DNA from: Felis catus
Lineage: Eukaryota
Length of the DNA: 64,000 nt
Assembly: GCF_018350175.1 (NCBI RefSeq)
Contig: NC_058368.1
Coordinates: 144,400,001 to 144,464,000 of the forward strand
Reading direction: 5' to 3'
Shown: positions 24,673 to 38,946 of the stretch, piece by piece
Numbering within the stretch: the stretch's first letter is position 1
How the letters are laid out: each line of letters begins with the position of its first letter
Notes under the pieces: generated by a model
Told to the model about the DNA's origin: nothing
Database searches by the model: none
Seen by the model: the letters and a program-made list of their open reading frames with translations, nothing else
Made by a program: the position numbers and the translations under genes

Positions 24673-25814
24673 TAGGTGCAATCAGCCAGTAGAAGAAGTA
24701 GAAAACACATGTTCTTTACTTTTTTTTTGGCCTCTTAGACAATATTCAACAGCAGTAAGTTGTCTCTGTAAAAAATAAAACCTTTGTTTGCATGGAGAAC
24801 AGGATGACTTCACTGGGTGTAGAAGGACAGCATTTTCCACTTAACGCTGTCAGTTAGAGTTGTCCTCCTTGCCTGAAGTGTCCCCTTCCTTTCGGGTACC
24901 TGAGCAACACAATGATCTATTTTTCTTTAACAATGAGTCTTCTGGATACAAAGGGAAAAACTGTCAGTTTGGACTGAAGCAGTTTAGACTGAAGATTGCA
25001 GGGGATCTTGTGAATTCGCCAATACTTTGACTTTAATCCTTTTCTCTCAAAACTAATGAAACTAAAGCAAAAATACAGCAACAAAACAGCCAAAGGAAAA
25101 GCCAGCCATTCACAGTTAACACTTCTGAGGGACTACACTATAGAACTGTAATAGTGGAGCAGAATTTAAAGTTTTTAAAGATCCTTTATTATTAATCTGG
25201 TTATTCCTGGGTTATTAACCAGTTATTCCCAGATAGTGGCTTTTATTCTGTTCATTATATTTGTGGTACTATCTATTTTTGTTTGCTTCTACAACCAATG
25301 TCTTCTTTTTTGTTGATTTCTTTATTGTGGTAAAATGTACTGAATATCTAATTAGGAAAATCAAGCTGTTTCCATTTTAGTATAATTGGAACCTGTATCA
25401 ATGGAAGAATCTTAACTATGATTTGCGTTAAGACAAGTTCATATGAGGCATAATGGAGTAAACATACACATACTACTGATGATGATATAATTTAGTTGCT
25501 GTGCCTTTTAAAACATGGGTACAAAATAGTGTTTCGAGTCCTGGCTGAAGGACCTCATGCCCTCTCTCACTCCCCACTAACATTAGCTTCTATGGGTGTG
25601 TCAGCTTCCTACTGCAGGAGATGGAACAGCCCTTATTTTGTTGTGAGATTTATAGCACTCAGTAGGATGCCTGCCATATAGGAGACACTCAAAAAATGGA
25701 GCTATTTCATGTTGATTGGAAAGAACAAATGTTTTGTTCATTTATTTATATGGCCTGATACAGAATTTTATCCAACATTTTGGATTCTGGACACCATTTC
25801 TTCCTATTTAAAAA

Positions 25815-26025
25815 TTTGTTAAATGTTTTTATTTATTTTTGAAAGAGAGAAAGACAGAGGGTGAGTGGAGAGGCAGAGAGCAAGAGGGAGACACAGAATC
25901 CGAAGCAGGCTCCAGGCTCTGAGCTGTCAGCACAGAGCCCAATGTGGGGCTCAAACTCACGAACTGTAAGATCATGACCTGAGCCAAAGTTGTATGCTCA
26001 ACTGACTGAGCCATCCAGACACCCC
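25815..26025 (-). mobile_element. Can-SINE
   Basis: Typical antisense body. Confidence 0.9.
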
Positions 26026-28865
26026 TTATTTTTAATGTTTCCTAATGGTCACAACCTTCAGGTTTCCTAGACAACATCTTTTTTTTTTTCCCCTCAAGAG
26101 GTTCTTGACAACTGTATTGTAAGGAAAAGAAGATGTAACTTTCATGATTTACAGTGACATATCTAGGTTGTGCATTGGTCCAGTTTGCATAGAGAGAATA
26201 GCCTGCAAGTTCCCACATCGAAGCTTGTCTGTCATGGGGCTGCCCAGTGCCTGCGTTTTCCCACTTCTGACTTAGGTTGAAAAGTCTAAGCATTACCAGA
26301 CCCCAAACTATAACAGGCCTGGAGGGGTGATGGTGCTTGGGCCCCTTTGCTAGAAGGTGAAAAAGGAGGAGACCTTCAACCTGCTGGGAAACAGGTGATG
26401 AGTAACAACAGAGTAAAGGGTCAACCCACAAACATCTATTTTATGTAAGGTGCTGGTGCTGGCTGCTTTGGGAACTACAAAAGAAAAAGATAATGTCCTG
26501 CCCTTCAAGGAATCAGTCAAGAGGATATCAAGGATCAGTTACATGAATTAAATCGAAGCCAGAGTTAAGTCTCAACACTAAAGATCCCAGTAGGCAGCCT
26601 CTGAATACAGCTGATTGATGTGGGTACTGCTAGGGGGATCCAGAGGAAAAAGAGAGAACTGTGGGCGGAGGGCTTGGCAAAGGCTTCCCAGAGGGGGTGG
26701 AATTGGACAGATGGTAGAGTCCAAACCTGAGGAGAGCAATGGCATGAGAAAAGGGTGCCAAGGAGTGTTTGGGTAAAGATATCAGAAGCTTTGTGAGAGG
26801 AATCAGTGTGGTAGGAGGCTATAGAGATGCTAGGAGCACTTGGCTTCGTTTGTAAAAGTCAGGGGACCTCAGTTTCCTCATCTTCCTGAGAGGATGGAGC
26901 ACGTGCTCCTCATAGTTCCGACCTTTTATGATCCTGATCCTGAGTACTGACCTGAGGGCAACAACCTACTTAACAAAAAAGGCGTCTATTGGCTCATGTA
27001 GACCAGAAAGATGGGTGTGGATTTAGGAAGGCTTTGCCAGTACTTACTCCCCCGCCTGTCCCTCCTCCTTGAAAGACACAAAGGATGCAGTGGCAAGACT
27101 GTGGGCTCCTCCCACACTGCCAGGGCTCACTTGGAACTCTTCCTGTTACTAGCTGCACCTCAGTTTTATTCTGCAACAAATGAGGACAGCAACAGCAGCA
27201 CCCACCTGTCAGGATTCTTGTGTGAAACTGCTTAGAACAGTGCCTGGTGCGTACAGCAAAGGCTTAATAAATCCTAGATATTAGTCTTATCTCTGCTTGG
27301 CTGACTCCCTCTGGCTCCAACTACATAGAGGCTTCTGCTCTACAGAGGAGGGGTCGGCTGCTGACTCCACACCCCATCTTTGTGACCCAGTCTTACAGCT
27401 AGGAGGTGAGGACACTAGGATTGGCTGCCCTGGAATCATGAGGGGAGCCAGAGAGGAAGGAGCCTGTGGTGGGTCAAAATAGAGTGTTAGGTAGACAAAG
27501 AGTGGTTCACTACACGCACATCTGATCTCACAATCAAGTGCATGGAGAAGCAAACACATAATCTACATTTGGGGGTGAAGGAACCAAGGTACGAAAAACT
27601 TACGAGGTTCATAGGAAAGTGACAGAGCCAGGAATCCACCCAGGCCTGTAGCTCCACATAAGCAAATCTCAAAATACTTTGTTACCGTAAAATAAAGGCT
27701 GCCTTCTATTTCCTCTGCCTTTCCTATGGCCTTATTTTCAATAAGAATGGAGGTTGCTTCAGCTTCAACACAAGTATTTACTGAGCACCTACTGCATACA
27801 GAGTGCCAAGCACTGGCAGAGAAATCGAAGCAGGAAGATGAGTGAGGCATGGCTCTTAGACATGCAACGTTCCTAAATACAGTGTAGAAGACAGCACACC
27901 CAAATGTGCTTGCCTACAGGGTAGCTTGTAAAAAAGAACAGATCAGTGGATCCAAAGATTTTTTTTTTAATGGAAGTTGGAAAATTGAGGACAGTTTGGT
28001 GGTCAGTTCTTTATTTTGCTAAGGATATATATATTTTTTAAACCTGCTGTCAACAGCCACTATCATTTTATATAAAACGGATGCGTAAATTCCTAAAAAA
28101 TGAAGGGCAAAATTTTCAGAATTAAATTTTAATAAATACAATTGTATTACAAACTTACTACATTCTTCTTATTTTTCTCATTCCACAGAGGATCAGTGGA
28201 AGTTTTTATAAACCAATGTTTTGAGAATCATGGTCTAAATGAATTCCTAAATGTCACTGGTGCCAGATGACATATGGGCACATTTTGGTATTTTTGAAAT
28301 AAAAGCCCGCTAGAATATGAGGAAGTGCTATTGTTTTATTTCATTGCCCAAGTGGGGCCCTGGCAGTTGTTCTAATGACACTATTCCAGGGGTCCAGGCC
28401 TCAGTGGGCAATGGCTCTTTGGATGAGCTTGGTATGGTGCCACTGGGAGAACTGGATATGTTGTATGGAGAGGTTTAGCTGCTTCCCGGTGGGTCAGACC
28501 AGTTAACCAGAGGAAGTGCCTTTGATAAAGGACATTGAAAAATAATATTTTTTCTTTTTCTTGACTGTTGTGACAGTTTAGAATGGAAAACGCTCAAGGG
28601 ATAATGTTACTATGTCATGTAGATAAGTTATTAATAAAGTTCCAAGGGGGTATAAATGGAAATCCAAAATTCCCAATGGCTCAACATCTATGTTCAACTC
28701 TGCCGATCCGAATCAGCAAAACTCTCTTTCCAAATACACTGAAGTCTGCCCTGTGTGTCCCTGTATAAGTAGTTTTTCCCACATCTTGATTTCAAGGCAA
28801 TTTCAATATTAATTTTTTATTATTAAAAAAAAAAGCATATTCTTTGCCATTAAGACAATTGAATA

Positions 28866-29085
28866 GGGGTGCCTGGGTGGCTCAGTCAGTTAAGCGTCCT
28901 ACTTTGGTTCAGGTCATGATCTCGTGGTTCGTGAGTTCGAGCCCCAAGTCAGGCTCTGTGCTGACAGCTCAGAGCCTGGAGCCTGCTTCGGATTCTGTGT
29001 CTCCCTCTCTCTCTGCCCCTCCCCCACCCACTGTCTTTCTCTTTCCCCGTCTCTCTCTCTCAAAAATAAACATTAAAAAAAAATT
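28866..29085 (+). mobile_element. Can-SINE
   Basis: TSD AGACAATTGAATA. Confidence 0.92.
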
Positions 29086-29766
29086 AAAAACAGACAATTG
29101 AATATACTGTTAAAGTTCCTGTGATCTTTCAAGTTTATTCCTGCAGTAATCTGAGAAGCTATAGTAACAATACAGGAAATTAAACCAAAAGATCATAAGC
29201 TGAATTCAGCTCTATAATTTAAAAAAGTTTATTACCAAAGTAAGGGTGGGGGTTATCATCAGATTTGGGGCGATTTCTTAGTTTTCCTCAGATGCCACTT
29301 AAAAATGAAGTTTAAAGTATCCCCAGGATACTTTGTCTTCCATTAAGGCGATCTATAATCCACTTTCCTTGGTCTCTTTCGTGATTACAGTGCTTGCCGT
29401 TTGTATTTGAGCTGAAAATAACACAACATAGATGTACTCTAGGAGTGGAAGCCTGGTATGCATACCAACAGGAGCTAATTTTGTCACAAATAATGATCAC
29501 AGCGGTAGATATCAGCAACTACGCCACCATACAAGTCATAAAAATAATCTCATTGACAGTTAACTTCACACACTCAAGGAAACAAAGGCAAATAAAAGTA
29601 ATCAAAATGCGTATGTAACACACCGTAAAAGATCTCAGGCTTGACTTCTGAAGTTATTTCTCTTACTAGCTCAGAGTATATGGATTTTTGAAGTTTTCTT
29701 TCTAATGTTTCTGGGTCACATTGCCTTCTTTTTAAATTGATTTGTTTTTGATTTTTTTAAACACAT

Positions 29767-29968
29767 TTTTTTTAATGTTTTATTTTATTTTCAAGAGAGA
29801 GCGTGAGCAGGAGAGGGCAGAGAGAGAGGAAGACACAGAATCAGAAGCAGGCTCCAGACACTGAGCGTGTCTGCACAGAGCCAGATGTGGGGCTCGAACC
29901 CACGAACCGTGAGATCATGACCTGAGCCGAAGTCGGACGCCCAGCCAACTGAGCCACCCAGGCGCCCC
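29767..29968 (-). mobile_element. Can-SINE
   Basis: TSD TGTTTTTGATTTTTT. Confidence 0.92.
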
Positions 29969-29984
29969 TGTTTTTGATTTTTTA

Positions 29985-30772
29985 AAAGCACCTTTTGAGG
30001 TATATGTGACACACCAAAGGCTGTACATTAATTAATGTAACTTGATGAGTTTTGAGATAAGTATACATTCATAGAACCATCACCACAATTTATGCCATGA
30101 ACATTTCCATCACCTCCAAAAGTTTTCTCTCACTCTCTTTATTAGTTATTATTATTATCATTATTATTTAGTGATAAGAATGCAACATAAGATCTACCTT
30201 TTTACCAAAATGTTAAGTATGCAATATGGTATTATTAAGACATCATAGACACTGTGATGTCCAGCAGATCTCTAGAACTTATTCACTTTGTGTAACTGAA
30301 ACTTGTGCCTTTTGACCACTATTTACCTATTTCTCCTGCCCCCTCTATCCCTGGAAACCACTATTCTACTCTCTGCTTCTGTGAGTTTGTTTTAGTTTCC
30401 TCATATAAATGGCATCATCTGGCATTTGTTCATCTGTGTCTAGCTTATTTCACTTAGCATAATGTCCTCCAGATTCATCCATGTTGTTCCAAATGGCAAG
30501 ATTTTCTTTTCTTTTTTCTTTTTTCTTTTTTTTAAAGCTGAATAATATTCTGTTGTGGGCATGTCCAACATTTTCTTTATCCATTCATCTGTGGATGGGC
30601 AATTAGGTTGTTTAGCTGTTGTGAATAATGCTGCAGTGAACATGGGAATGCAGATATTTCTTCAAGATCCTGATTTCCTTTCGATATATACTCTGACGTG
30701 TGACTGCTGGATCATGTGGCAGTTCTGTTTTTAATTTTTTGAGGGACTTCCATGCTACTTTATATAGTGGCA
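29985..30772 (-). mobile_element. L1MA-like 3' fragment
   Basis: 'cagcagatctctagaacttattca', 'caaatggcaagatttt'; minus ORF 30440-30643 is L1 ORF2 C-terminus. Followed by older + strand ORF2 remnants at ~30800-31330. Confidence 0.8.
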
Positions 30773-31479
30773 CAGGTCATTAGTGAAATATTCAAAACAT
30801 GTCCCCTAAGATCAGGAACAAGGCAAAGATAACCACTCTCCATCTTCTATTCAATATTTTACTGAAGTTTTAGCTGGTATGAACCATGAAGTTTGGACAG
30901 AAAGAAAAAATGTCTCTGTTTGCAGGGAACAAGACTATCTTCATAGAAATCCTATGGAATCTGTAGTGCAACTGTGAAAACTAGAAGTGGACTTAGGAAT
31001 TTTTCAAGATACAGTTTTCACACATATAATTCACTTTAATTTCTATACACAGCAGAAAAAACAACATGTAATTTAAGAAAAACATATTTTAGCTTTTTAA
31101 AAATCCATACAATAGATATGAATAAATTTAAGAAAAAAAATGTGACATAATTGTACGTTGGAAACTACATAATGCTGCTGAAAGCAGTTTTTGTGTGTGT
31201 GTGTTACAAATAAAACTCTATTTGTATATGAAATTGGTATCCTACCGTACATGCAATTTCGTAGCATCCTTTCTCTGAAAATGAATACATTAAGGACACG
31301 TGTTGACATTCTTAATTATTATTTTCAAACTGTAAAAAAAAAAAAACAAAAAAACTCTGGAGCTTGGAAAATTTCAAGCCTGTATAACAAGAAACACAAT
31401 ACCATCATAAACCTTCACGCACCCGTCACCCAGATTCAACATTTTGGGTTCATCTGCCACTCTCTTGCCTTCCATGGAG

Positions 31480-31680
31480 GTATTTTTCTTTTAATGTAGT
31501 ACAGTTGATATACAATATTCTATTAGTTCCAGGTGTATAACATAGTGATTCAACAATTGTATACATTATGAAATGTTCACCATGATAAATATAGTTACCA
31601 TCTGTCACCAAAGTTATTATAATGTTATTGACTATATTCCCTATGCTGTACTTTGCATCCCATTACTTATTTATTTTAGG
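31480..31680 (-). mobile_element. Short L1 3' end
   Basis: 'acagttgatatacaatatt...caggtgtataacatagtgattcaaca...ttattgactatattccctatgctgtac'. Confidence 0.75.
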
Positions 31681-31709
31681 CGAAACACACCACCTTCTTT
31701 TCAGAAACA

Positions 31710-31882
31710 TTTTTTTTTCTTTTATTTTAGAGAGAGAAAGCATGAGTTGGGGAAAGGAGCAGAGAGAGAGAATCTTCAAAGTGTGGAGCCCGTTGCGGGA
31801 CTCAATCCCATGACCCTGCGATCATAATCTGAGCCAAAATCAAGAATCAGATGCTCAACCAACTGGGCTACCCAGGTGCGCC
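31710..31882 (-). mobile_element. Can-SINE (older)
   Basis: Degenerate antisense body. Confidence 0.8.
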
Positions 31883-33289
31883 AACCCATTGCCATCTTAA
31901 TAGAAGTATCACAGAATTTTTCAAATGGGTCTACACCTAGAGATTGCTGCTACACAGAGACCAGTTTTATAAAAAGAATGTGCATTTCAGGGCTAATTTC
32001 ACACTTGACTCCAGAAAAGGAGAGCAGAACTGTAATTTGAACAAAATACAACTATTGAATGCTACAAGAGAAAATGAAACATACTCCTATACCAACTGCC
32101 AGGCAATGTTCCTGCCTCCAAAGTACAGCCTGGGGCAATGCCAGATGGTCCTTCCCAGGAAATTGAGCTTGTCTTCCACATAGGAAATCTGAATGACTCT
32201 ATCCCACAGGAAATGCTTTATTATCCATTACCATGAACATTGTGAGAAATTAAAAAAAAAAAACAAAACGAGGGCAGCAGTAGCTGAAGATTGATCAAAG
32301 AAAAAGAGGCTGTTAAATAATTGAGACTTCTGATTTCTTGGCATTTTGGCTAGGACCAGGGGATTGTGGCCTTAAAATAATGCGGTAGAATTATTATGGG
32401 GGTAGACAGAGCAATAATAGCTAAAAAATGAATATATACTATGTACTTAACACTGTGCTAAAAGTGCACAAATATTACTCTTTACAACAATTCCCTGAAA
32501 TCAGTGTCATTATTATTATGATCATCTAGCATCCCCGTTTTTAGATGTGGAAATCAATGAACACATTTCCACTGGATTCTGGGATGCCAGCTCATAGAGT
32601 TGCCTAAATTCTTACTTTTGATAAATGGCAGGACCACAGTTTGAACCCTGATCAATTTGACTTTAGAGTCTGAGACTGATATTGTTTAACAGTGTCATGA
32701 CCAGGTCCAGCATTTATATAAAATAATACTGCTTCACACATGCTATTCTTTTGAGTGTTAGGAGGCTCCATTATGCTTTCCCTCGCTCCGATAACATTTG
32801 TTGGGGAGCTTTTCTACCTTGCTCTTTGCTCCCCATACCTTTACTGAGGTGTTTCATCCAGTCTTGTCTTCTTCAGTTCAAATTACATATGTTTTGGTCT
32901 CTGCTAACAACAGGATTATGTTTATCGATCGTTTTTAAAAATGGCTTCAGTGGTGACCTTTCTCCTCTGCTGAAAGGGCCTTTTAATTTTCATGCTGCTA
33001 CAGGTGAGCCACACCTAAGCTTAGGGGAAAACAAAAAACAAAAAACAAAAAAACCTAAAGCCAAACTCTACAGCTTCTAATATTATTTGGACAATTGAAT
33101 TCCTATATAAATTCTGAGAGATGATAGGCGGGGTCAGACTTATAATATTGCTCAATATTGGGCCTGGAATCTGCAGTAGAGGTGTGAACATGGATTCATT
33201 CCAGCCACCTCTGCTTTCCCTTGAAACTTTCCCTAGCAAGGCTCCTCCCCTGCAGTGTCCACAGTGCTCTAGAGTTAAATACAAGGATG

Positions 33290-33495
33290 AGGGGGCCTCT
33301 GGTGGCTCAGTCAGTTAAGCGTCCGACTTCAGCTCAGGTCATGATCTCACAGTTTGTGGGTTCGAGCCTCTTGTCGGGCTCTGTGCTGACAGCTTATGAC
33401 CTGGAGTCTGCTTGGGATTCTGTGTCTCCCTTTCCCTCTGCCCCTCCTCTGCGCACGCTGTGTCTTCCTCTCAAAAATAAATAAACTTAAAAAAG
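33290..33495 (+). mobile_element. Can-SINE
   Basis: Flanked by ACAAG(G/A)ATGA. Confidence 0.9.
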
Positions 33496-33846
33496 AAAAC
33501 AAGAATGAAAAGATATCATTAATTATGGCCAACATGCCTAGTGCACTTAGTGTGCCAATGTAAGTGTAAGTTATCTTTACCCTTTCAAGAAAGTCCTATG
33601 ATTCTGAGCAGTTGAGTAATTCCTTTGGGTCACAGGCAGCAAGTGACAGAGTTGTGGGATTTAAATTTTGAACCTGAATACAAGTTGGGTTTGTTTGGGT
33701 TTGTGTTTGTTTTATTTCTTTTTTGCCAGAATCCATGTGTCTAAAAGTTATCAAACACTGTCTGCCTGGGCCAGGCCCTGTGCAACACCTTACAGGGAAA
33801 ATGGATCAGTCAGTTAGGATCGCTCTTCAGAAAGGTCGCAATCTTA

Positions 33847-34056
33847 GGCACGCCTGGGTGGCTGAGTCAGCTAAGCGGCTGACTTCGGCTCAGGTCATGA
33901 TCTCACGGTTTGTGAGTTCGAGCCCTGCGTCAGGCTCTGTGCTGATGGCTCAGAGGCTGGAGCCTGCTTCGGATTCTGTGTCTCCCTCTCTACCCCTCCC
34001 CAACTAGTGCTCTGTCCCTCTCTATCTCTCAAAAATAATAAATGTAAAAAAAAAAA
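33847..34056 (+). mobile_element. Can-SINE
   Basis: TSD AAAGGTCGCAATCT. Confidence 0.92.
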
Positions 34057-34467
34057 AAGGTCGCAATCTGACTAGTAAGATAAAATATAAGTATATGAAA
34101 GTTTATTGACCACAAAAAAGTTAAGTCCTATTTCAAGAGGAGTTTCTTGGAATACAAAATTGGTTGTCAAATATGTCTTACTAATCGTAATTGCCACTAG
34201 GACTTCAGAGGAGGTTGAAGGGTCCCAGGCTCAGGGTACAGGTGGGGTGTAGTCACCTCTGCAGAAAAGATTGGATTTCCCAGAGTTGTCAGATGGTGGG
34301 GCTTTCTAGGTGAGAGCAGGGACCAGACCCAGGGGTAGGGTAGGTGAGTACTAGAATTTAATACTGCACTCCACCTCTTTTTCCCCTCCCCCTCTCCAGT
34401 TGTTACTCCTTTTGATCCAGGGCTTTCATGCTGCAGTTTCTCTTATTAAGAAGGAATATAAGCTTAA

Positions 34468-34550
34468 GGGCACCTGGGTGGCTCACTCTTGATTTCAGCT
34501 CAGGTCTTGATCTCAGGGTCATGAGTTCAAGCCCAGCATTGGGCTCCATG

Positions 34551-34580
<30 letters not shown>
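34468..34580 (+). mobile_element. Short Can-SINE (head plus long poly-A)
   Basis: tRNA-like head followed directly by a ~29-nt A run. Confidence 0.85.
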
Positions 34581-34584
<4 letters not shown>

Positions 34585-34591
34585 AATACAA

Positions 34592-34792
34592 GGGGCACCT
34601 GCATGGCATGGCTCATTCAGTTAGGCATCTGACTTAGGCTCAGGTCATGATCTCAAGATTCTTGAGTTCGATCCCCCCATCAGGCTCTTTACTGTCAGCA
34701 CAGAGCCCAATTTGGATCCTGTCTCCCTCTCTCTCTGCCCCTCCCCTGCTCATGTGCATTCTCTCTCTCTCTCAAAAATAAACATTAAAAAA
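34592..34792 (+). mobile_element. Can-SINE in tandem with the previous one
   Basis: Full body, (CT)n and A tail; flanked by AAGGAATAC. Confidence 0.88.
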
Positions 34793-35536
34793 AAGGAATA
34801 CGAGTTAATAAATCCATTCATAGAAAGATGTGTACCCTTAGTAGGAGTATTTGCATTTTTACAAAGTACACAGGGGCACAGTAATGATAAAGTGATGACT
34901 CACTCACTGATGGTGAAATTTCTCTTGCTCAGTGTCCCTCAGAGGCCTACCCTGCCCGTGTGCGCTGCCACTTCTGGATTTCGTGTTGAACCAGTGAGCG
35001 TCACTCTGTGCCTCACAGCATTTTCTGGTTCAGATGTTTTTTCTTAGCCCCTGCCAGGGCTGGAGCACCAAAGCCCATCTCTGGTGGATCAAGCCAGAGT
35101 GCGTGTTTTGCTAGTGGTGGTGACTGATGTCTTTTTCAAATATAAAGTACACACACATTGTTATTCTTTGTATATTTTTTCAAAACTTTTACCAAATCCT
35201 GAGCGAAAAATAATAATCCACATTTTAAAATGATCTTCTCATACTACTTGAGAGCTGAGTAGCAGTTCCAGAATCTCATTTTATTTGCCTCAGGCAAGCA
35301 TATGCTCCTCTATATGTGTTTTTGACTGACACATTTACTGCTTCAGACTATGACAATTTTGCCATTTAAAATAAACTATGGAAATTTAACTGCATAAGGA
35401 TTTGATGATAACCTCCAGCATGGTAAGCCTTAGGTCATCCGGTAATTGTCACTTCTACCCTCATGTATTCAGATGGACTTGAACTTTAAATGGGCTTGAA
35501 AATAGCCTTGGGAACAAAGAAGTCAGGCACAGACAC

Positions 35537-35654
35537 CAGGGTTAGGGATATCAAGCATCCCATTTCTTGGGCACTTTGGGGTTTCCCAGGAAGGAGGATT
35601 TCCAATGCTAAACCCAGGAGAGTCCTGGGCAAACTGGGACAAGGTGGTCACCCT
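35537..35654. mobile_element. hAT-Blackjack MITE (MER81-like)
   Basis: 'ggggtttcccagga...tgctaaacccaggagagtcctgggcaaactgggacaaggtggtcacccta'. Confidence 0.6.
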
Positions 35655-36069
35655 ATGAAGACAAGTTGCAGGGCAGAGGTGAGGCTCTGAGTCTCACAGG
35701 CGGTGTGCTGTGGTGGGCCAGGCTGCCAGCCACATGGAGAGCAGCTCTCTGCATGTGGAGGTCGATGCCCAGAAGGAAAGTGCCTCACTGATGGGCTGTC
35801 CATGGCTGTGTGAGGTTAGCTTTTTGGCCCACAGAGCTGTGGGTATGGGTAAAATAACCCAATAGAAGGGGTAGAGAAGACGAATAGGAAAAAAGAGGGT
35901 GAGGAGTGTGAGCACAGCAGTGGTTATAGGCAACCTGCAGTGGACCCTGGCCAGAGAGGAGAGAAAATGAAGAGGAACACGGCAAGCTGTTCTAATATGT
36001 GGGGCCCAGATGAGATGAATGGTTTTGTGCAGCTCAGGGAGATGTGCTTCAAAGGCACAGACCAGGACT

Positions 36070-36240
36070 TCTTAGCCCTAGCCAGCCATTAGAACTACTT
36101 GGGCACTTTTGAAAATGCAGATATCTGGGCTATACCCCAGGCTAATTTGAATTAGAATTTCTGGGGGTGGGCACTATCTCTGGTCTTTTTTAAAAGCTCC
36201 TACATGATCCCAATATGCAGATAAGATTGAAAACCTTTGA
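36070..36240. mobile_element. hAT-Charlie MITE (MER5A-like)
   Basis: 'aaaatgcagat..ctgggc..tacccca....tgaattagaatttctgggggtggg...tttaaaagctcc..atgatcccaatatgcag'. Further MER5-like pieces at ~2125-2182, ~4165-4250 and ~28190-28237. Confidence 0.6.
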
Positions 36241-36361
36241 TCTTGCATACCTGAGTGTCCCTGTGTGTGTGTTCTGTGTATTGGGGAAGGCATTTTGATT
36301 TCAGTCAACCCAAAGGATATCCCTGTGCACTCCCAATGATACCTGGGCCAGTTTACCTAGC

Positions 36362-36392
36362 TGTGTGTGTGTGTGTGTGTGCGTGTGCGTGT
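36362..36392. repeat. (TG)n microsatellite
   Basis: Directly visible. Confidence 0.95.
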
Positions 36393-38765
36393 GAGTATAT
36401 CTAGGCACCAACAGTCAGAGATGGTAAGTAAGGAACATGTCCATTAATATTTAGACTACCTATCATTCTTCCCTGCCCCCATCTGGTTTACTGTAGAAAT
36501 TTCCCCTCCTTAAAATGTTTCCTTATTATTGCTAGGAGGCCACTCTGAGAGTTCACACAGAGGTCTGCACATGGTGTCTTCCTCCAGCCTCCTCATTGGG
36601 TTACCAGCCCAGGCCTTTGGTCTGTTATCCCCGTGAAGCTGAAACCACCTTCTTGCAATTCTGGCCAGTGGGAATGGAGGTTGGCAGGGGCAAGCTCGCC
36701 TTCGCCAGTCGATTACAAGCATGGAACATCAGAGAACTGGAGGTGGGCAGGGGAGAGGGAGCAGAAGACAGAGAATGCAGATGTTAACCTGGAGACTAAC
36801 TCAGGAGTTCCCTGGTACAGAAGGAGTTTCTCTTTCCTTTCAATCCAAGTTTTCCCTCTCTGGCTGTCATTTCTTATGACATCAACCTCCTCTCAGGATG
36901 ATTCTGTGGAAGGTAGATTTGCTCTTATTTGTGGAAAAAACCATGTCCTGCCCCAAGGGCTTGCTTTAAGACTCTACTGGGACTTAAAGTCAACATGAGC
37001 TATCTGTGGTCTTCAGTGTAAAATAGCACACCTCGGGTAGGTAGGACATCAATACTCCAAGCCACGGTGAGTGCCGGCTGAGCTTGGTACAGCTCCTTTT
37101 CAGTCACTTCTACATGAGGGCTAAAGTTCCTACAAAAAAAAAAAAAAGTTTCCTTGGTAGAAATCCCAGTAACATGAACTCTTCCTCATCTCTGAGCAAC
37201 TGTCAATTAACTTCTCAAGAGCAAAGACAGAACTTCAACTTCTTACCTTAAACAACTAAAACATAGGACAAAATATACAAAACAGTGGTTTGCAGACATG
37301 GGACAATTGACAGTAAAGGACTGTGATTCTTAAGTGAAGGAAGCAAACGAGATGAGCCCTACAAGTGCCTCACCTTGCAGCCTAGAGAGTAGCCAGGCTA
37401 CAGCACTGCGAGTGAGAACCCAGAGGAAGCCTGCTGGTCTCAATGACTTGAAGAGACAAGATTTAGAGTTTAGAAAAGCAGCAGCTAGAATACACTGGAC
37501 AGACTGCTAGGCGGGAGACAGTTGCTTAAAGAGAGAGCTCTGAATCTGCAGAAGGTTCCCCTCCAGTATTTAGCCGTGTCCTGACTAGTTCATACATGAG
37601 AGAATATGACTAAGGTCAGAAAAAGAACCTCCAGAAAGAAGCAGGAGGAAAAATCCCCAGAGCTTACACCACTTCTTAGAAGTCAGAATGGAAAGGTCTC
37701 CTGACTCATGGGGTATGAAGTAGAGTGCTCAGATGGGTAGGCCATATTAACCTACATTAAAAGCTGTTCTGGGCCTACCTAAAAAAGCTTAAAAGCAAGT
37801 CTCACATGGGTCAAACATTTTCAATTTACTTAACTGGGTTCCAGAACAAAGTAAAAAATACTTAAAGGGATATATTAGAATACACAAACAAACAAGACCA
37901 ATAGAACTCAAAAGGTAAAATTCACAGTATCTGGCATCTAACCAAAAATGGCAGAGTAGCAGGCAAAAGTGGCTCATAGGAAGGAGAATATGCAAGCAGT
38001 AAGAGCAGAGCCAGAAATGACATAAATGACAAAATTAGTAGAGCAGGACATTAAAACAGCTATTATAAACATACCCCATATGCTCAAGAGGTAGAAGAAA
38101 GCATGAGAATGATGAAGAGGAAAATGGAAGACAAAAAGACCCAAATCAAACTTTAGAGATGAAATATACAGTGTTTGAGATTTAAAAAATACACTGAATA
38201 GGATAAATAGCAGATAATACATCATGATGAAGTAGAGTTTATGCCAGGAATGCAAGGAGATGTTTTAATGTTTATTTAAAAATTTAAAAATCAACTATTT
38301 CTTCACCAAATTGAACAACTAAAAAAGAAAAACCCTATGAATATCAGAAAAAGCATCTGTCAAAATTCTGCATTCGAACATGGTTTTCTAAAAAAAAAAA
38401 AAAACCAAACTCGCAGCAAACCAGGAATCACTGGAAACTTCTTCAGCCTGATTAAGGGCATCTATTAAAAATCTACAGCTAAAATCATACTTAATGGTGA
38501 AAAGACTGAATTATTTCCTTCTAAGATCAGGAACCATCAAGGATGTGCACTTTCACCACATCTATTTAACATTTTCTTTTAGAGGCCCTAGCCAGGACAA
38601 AAGACAAGAAATGGAAATTAAGGACATACTGATATAAAAGGGAAAAAATCAAACTATGTTTATTAACAGATAGCATTGTCTCTGTAGAAAATCCTAAACT
38701 GTGAAAAGGTTACAAAACCTTGTAAGTGAATATAGCCAGGTTGTAGGATATAAGATCAGTATATC

Positions 38766-38866
38766 GGGGCTCCTGGCTGGCTCAGTCAGAAGACATGTGA
38801 CTCTTGATCTCAGGGTCGTGAGTTTGAGCCCCACATTGGATGCAGAGATTACTAAAAAAAAAAAAA
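38766..38866 (+). mobile_element. Short Can-SINE
   Basis: 'ggggctcctggctggctcagtc...gagccccacattggatgcagagattact' plus A tail. Confidence 0.85.
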
Positions 38867-38946
38867 CCAGCATATGAAAATCAATTTTATTTCTATATAA
38901 CTATCATTGAACAACCAGAAAATAAATTAGAATGTGATTTATTATT

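Noticed and set aside
35730..35758. Hairpin CCACATG-GAGAGC-a-GCTCTC-tg-CATGTGG
   Set aside because: Only 29 nt with a tiny loop; too short for a pre-miRNA and compatible with chance.
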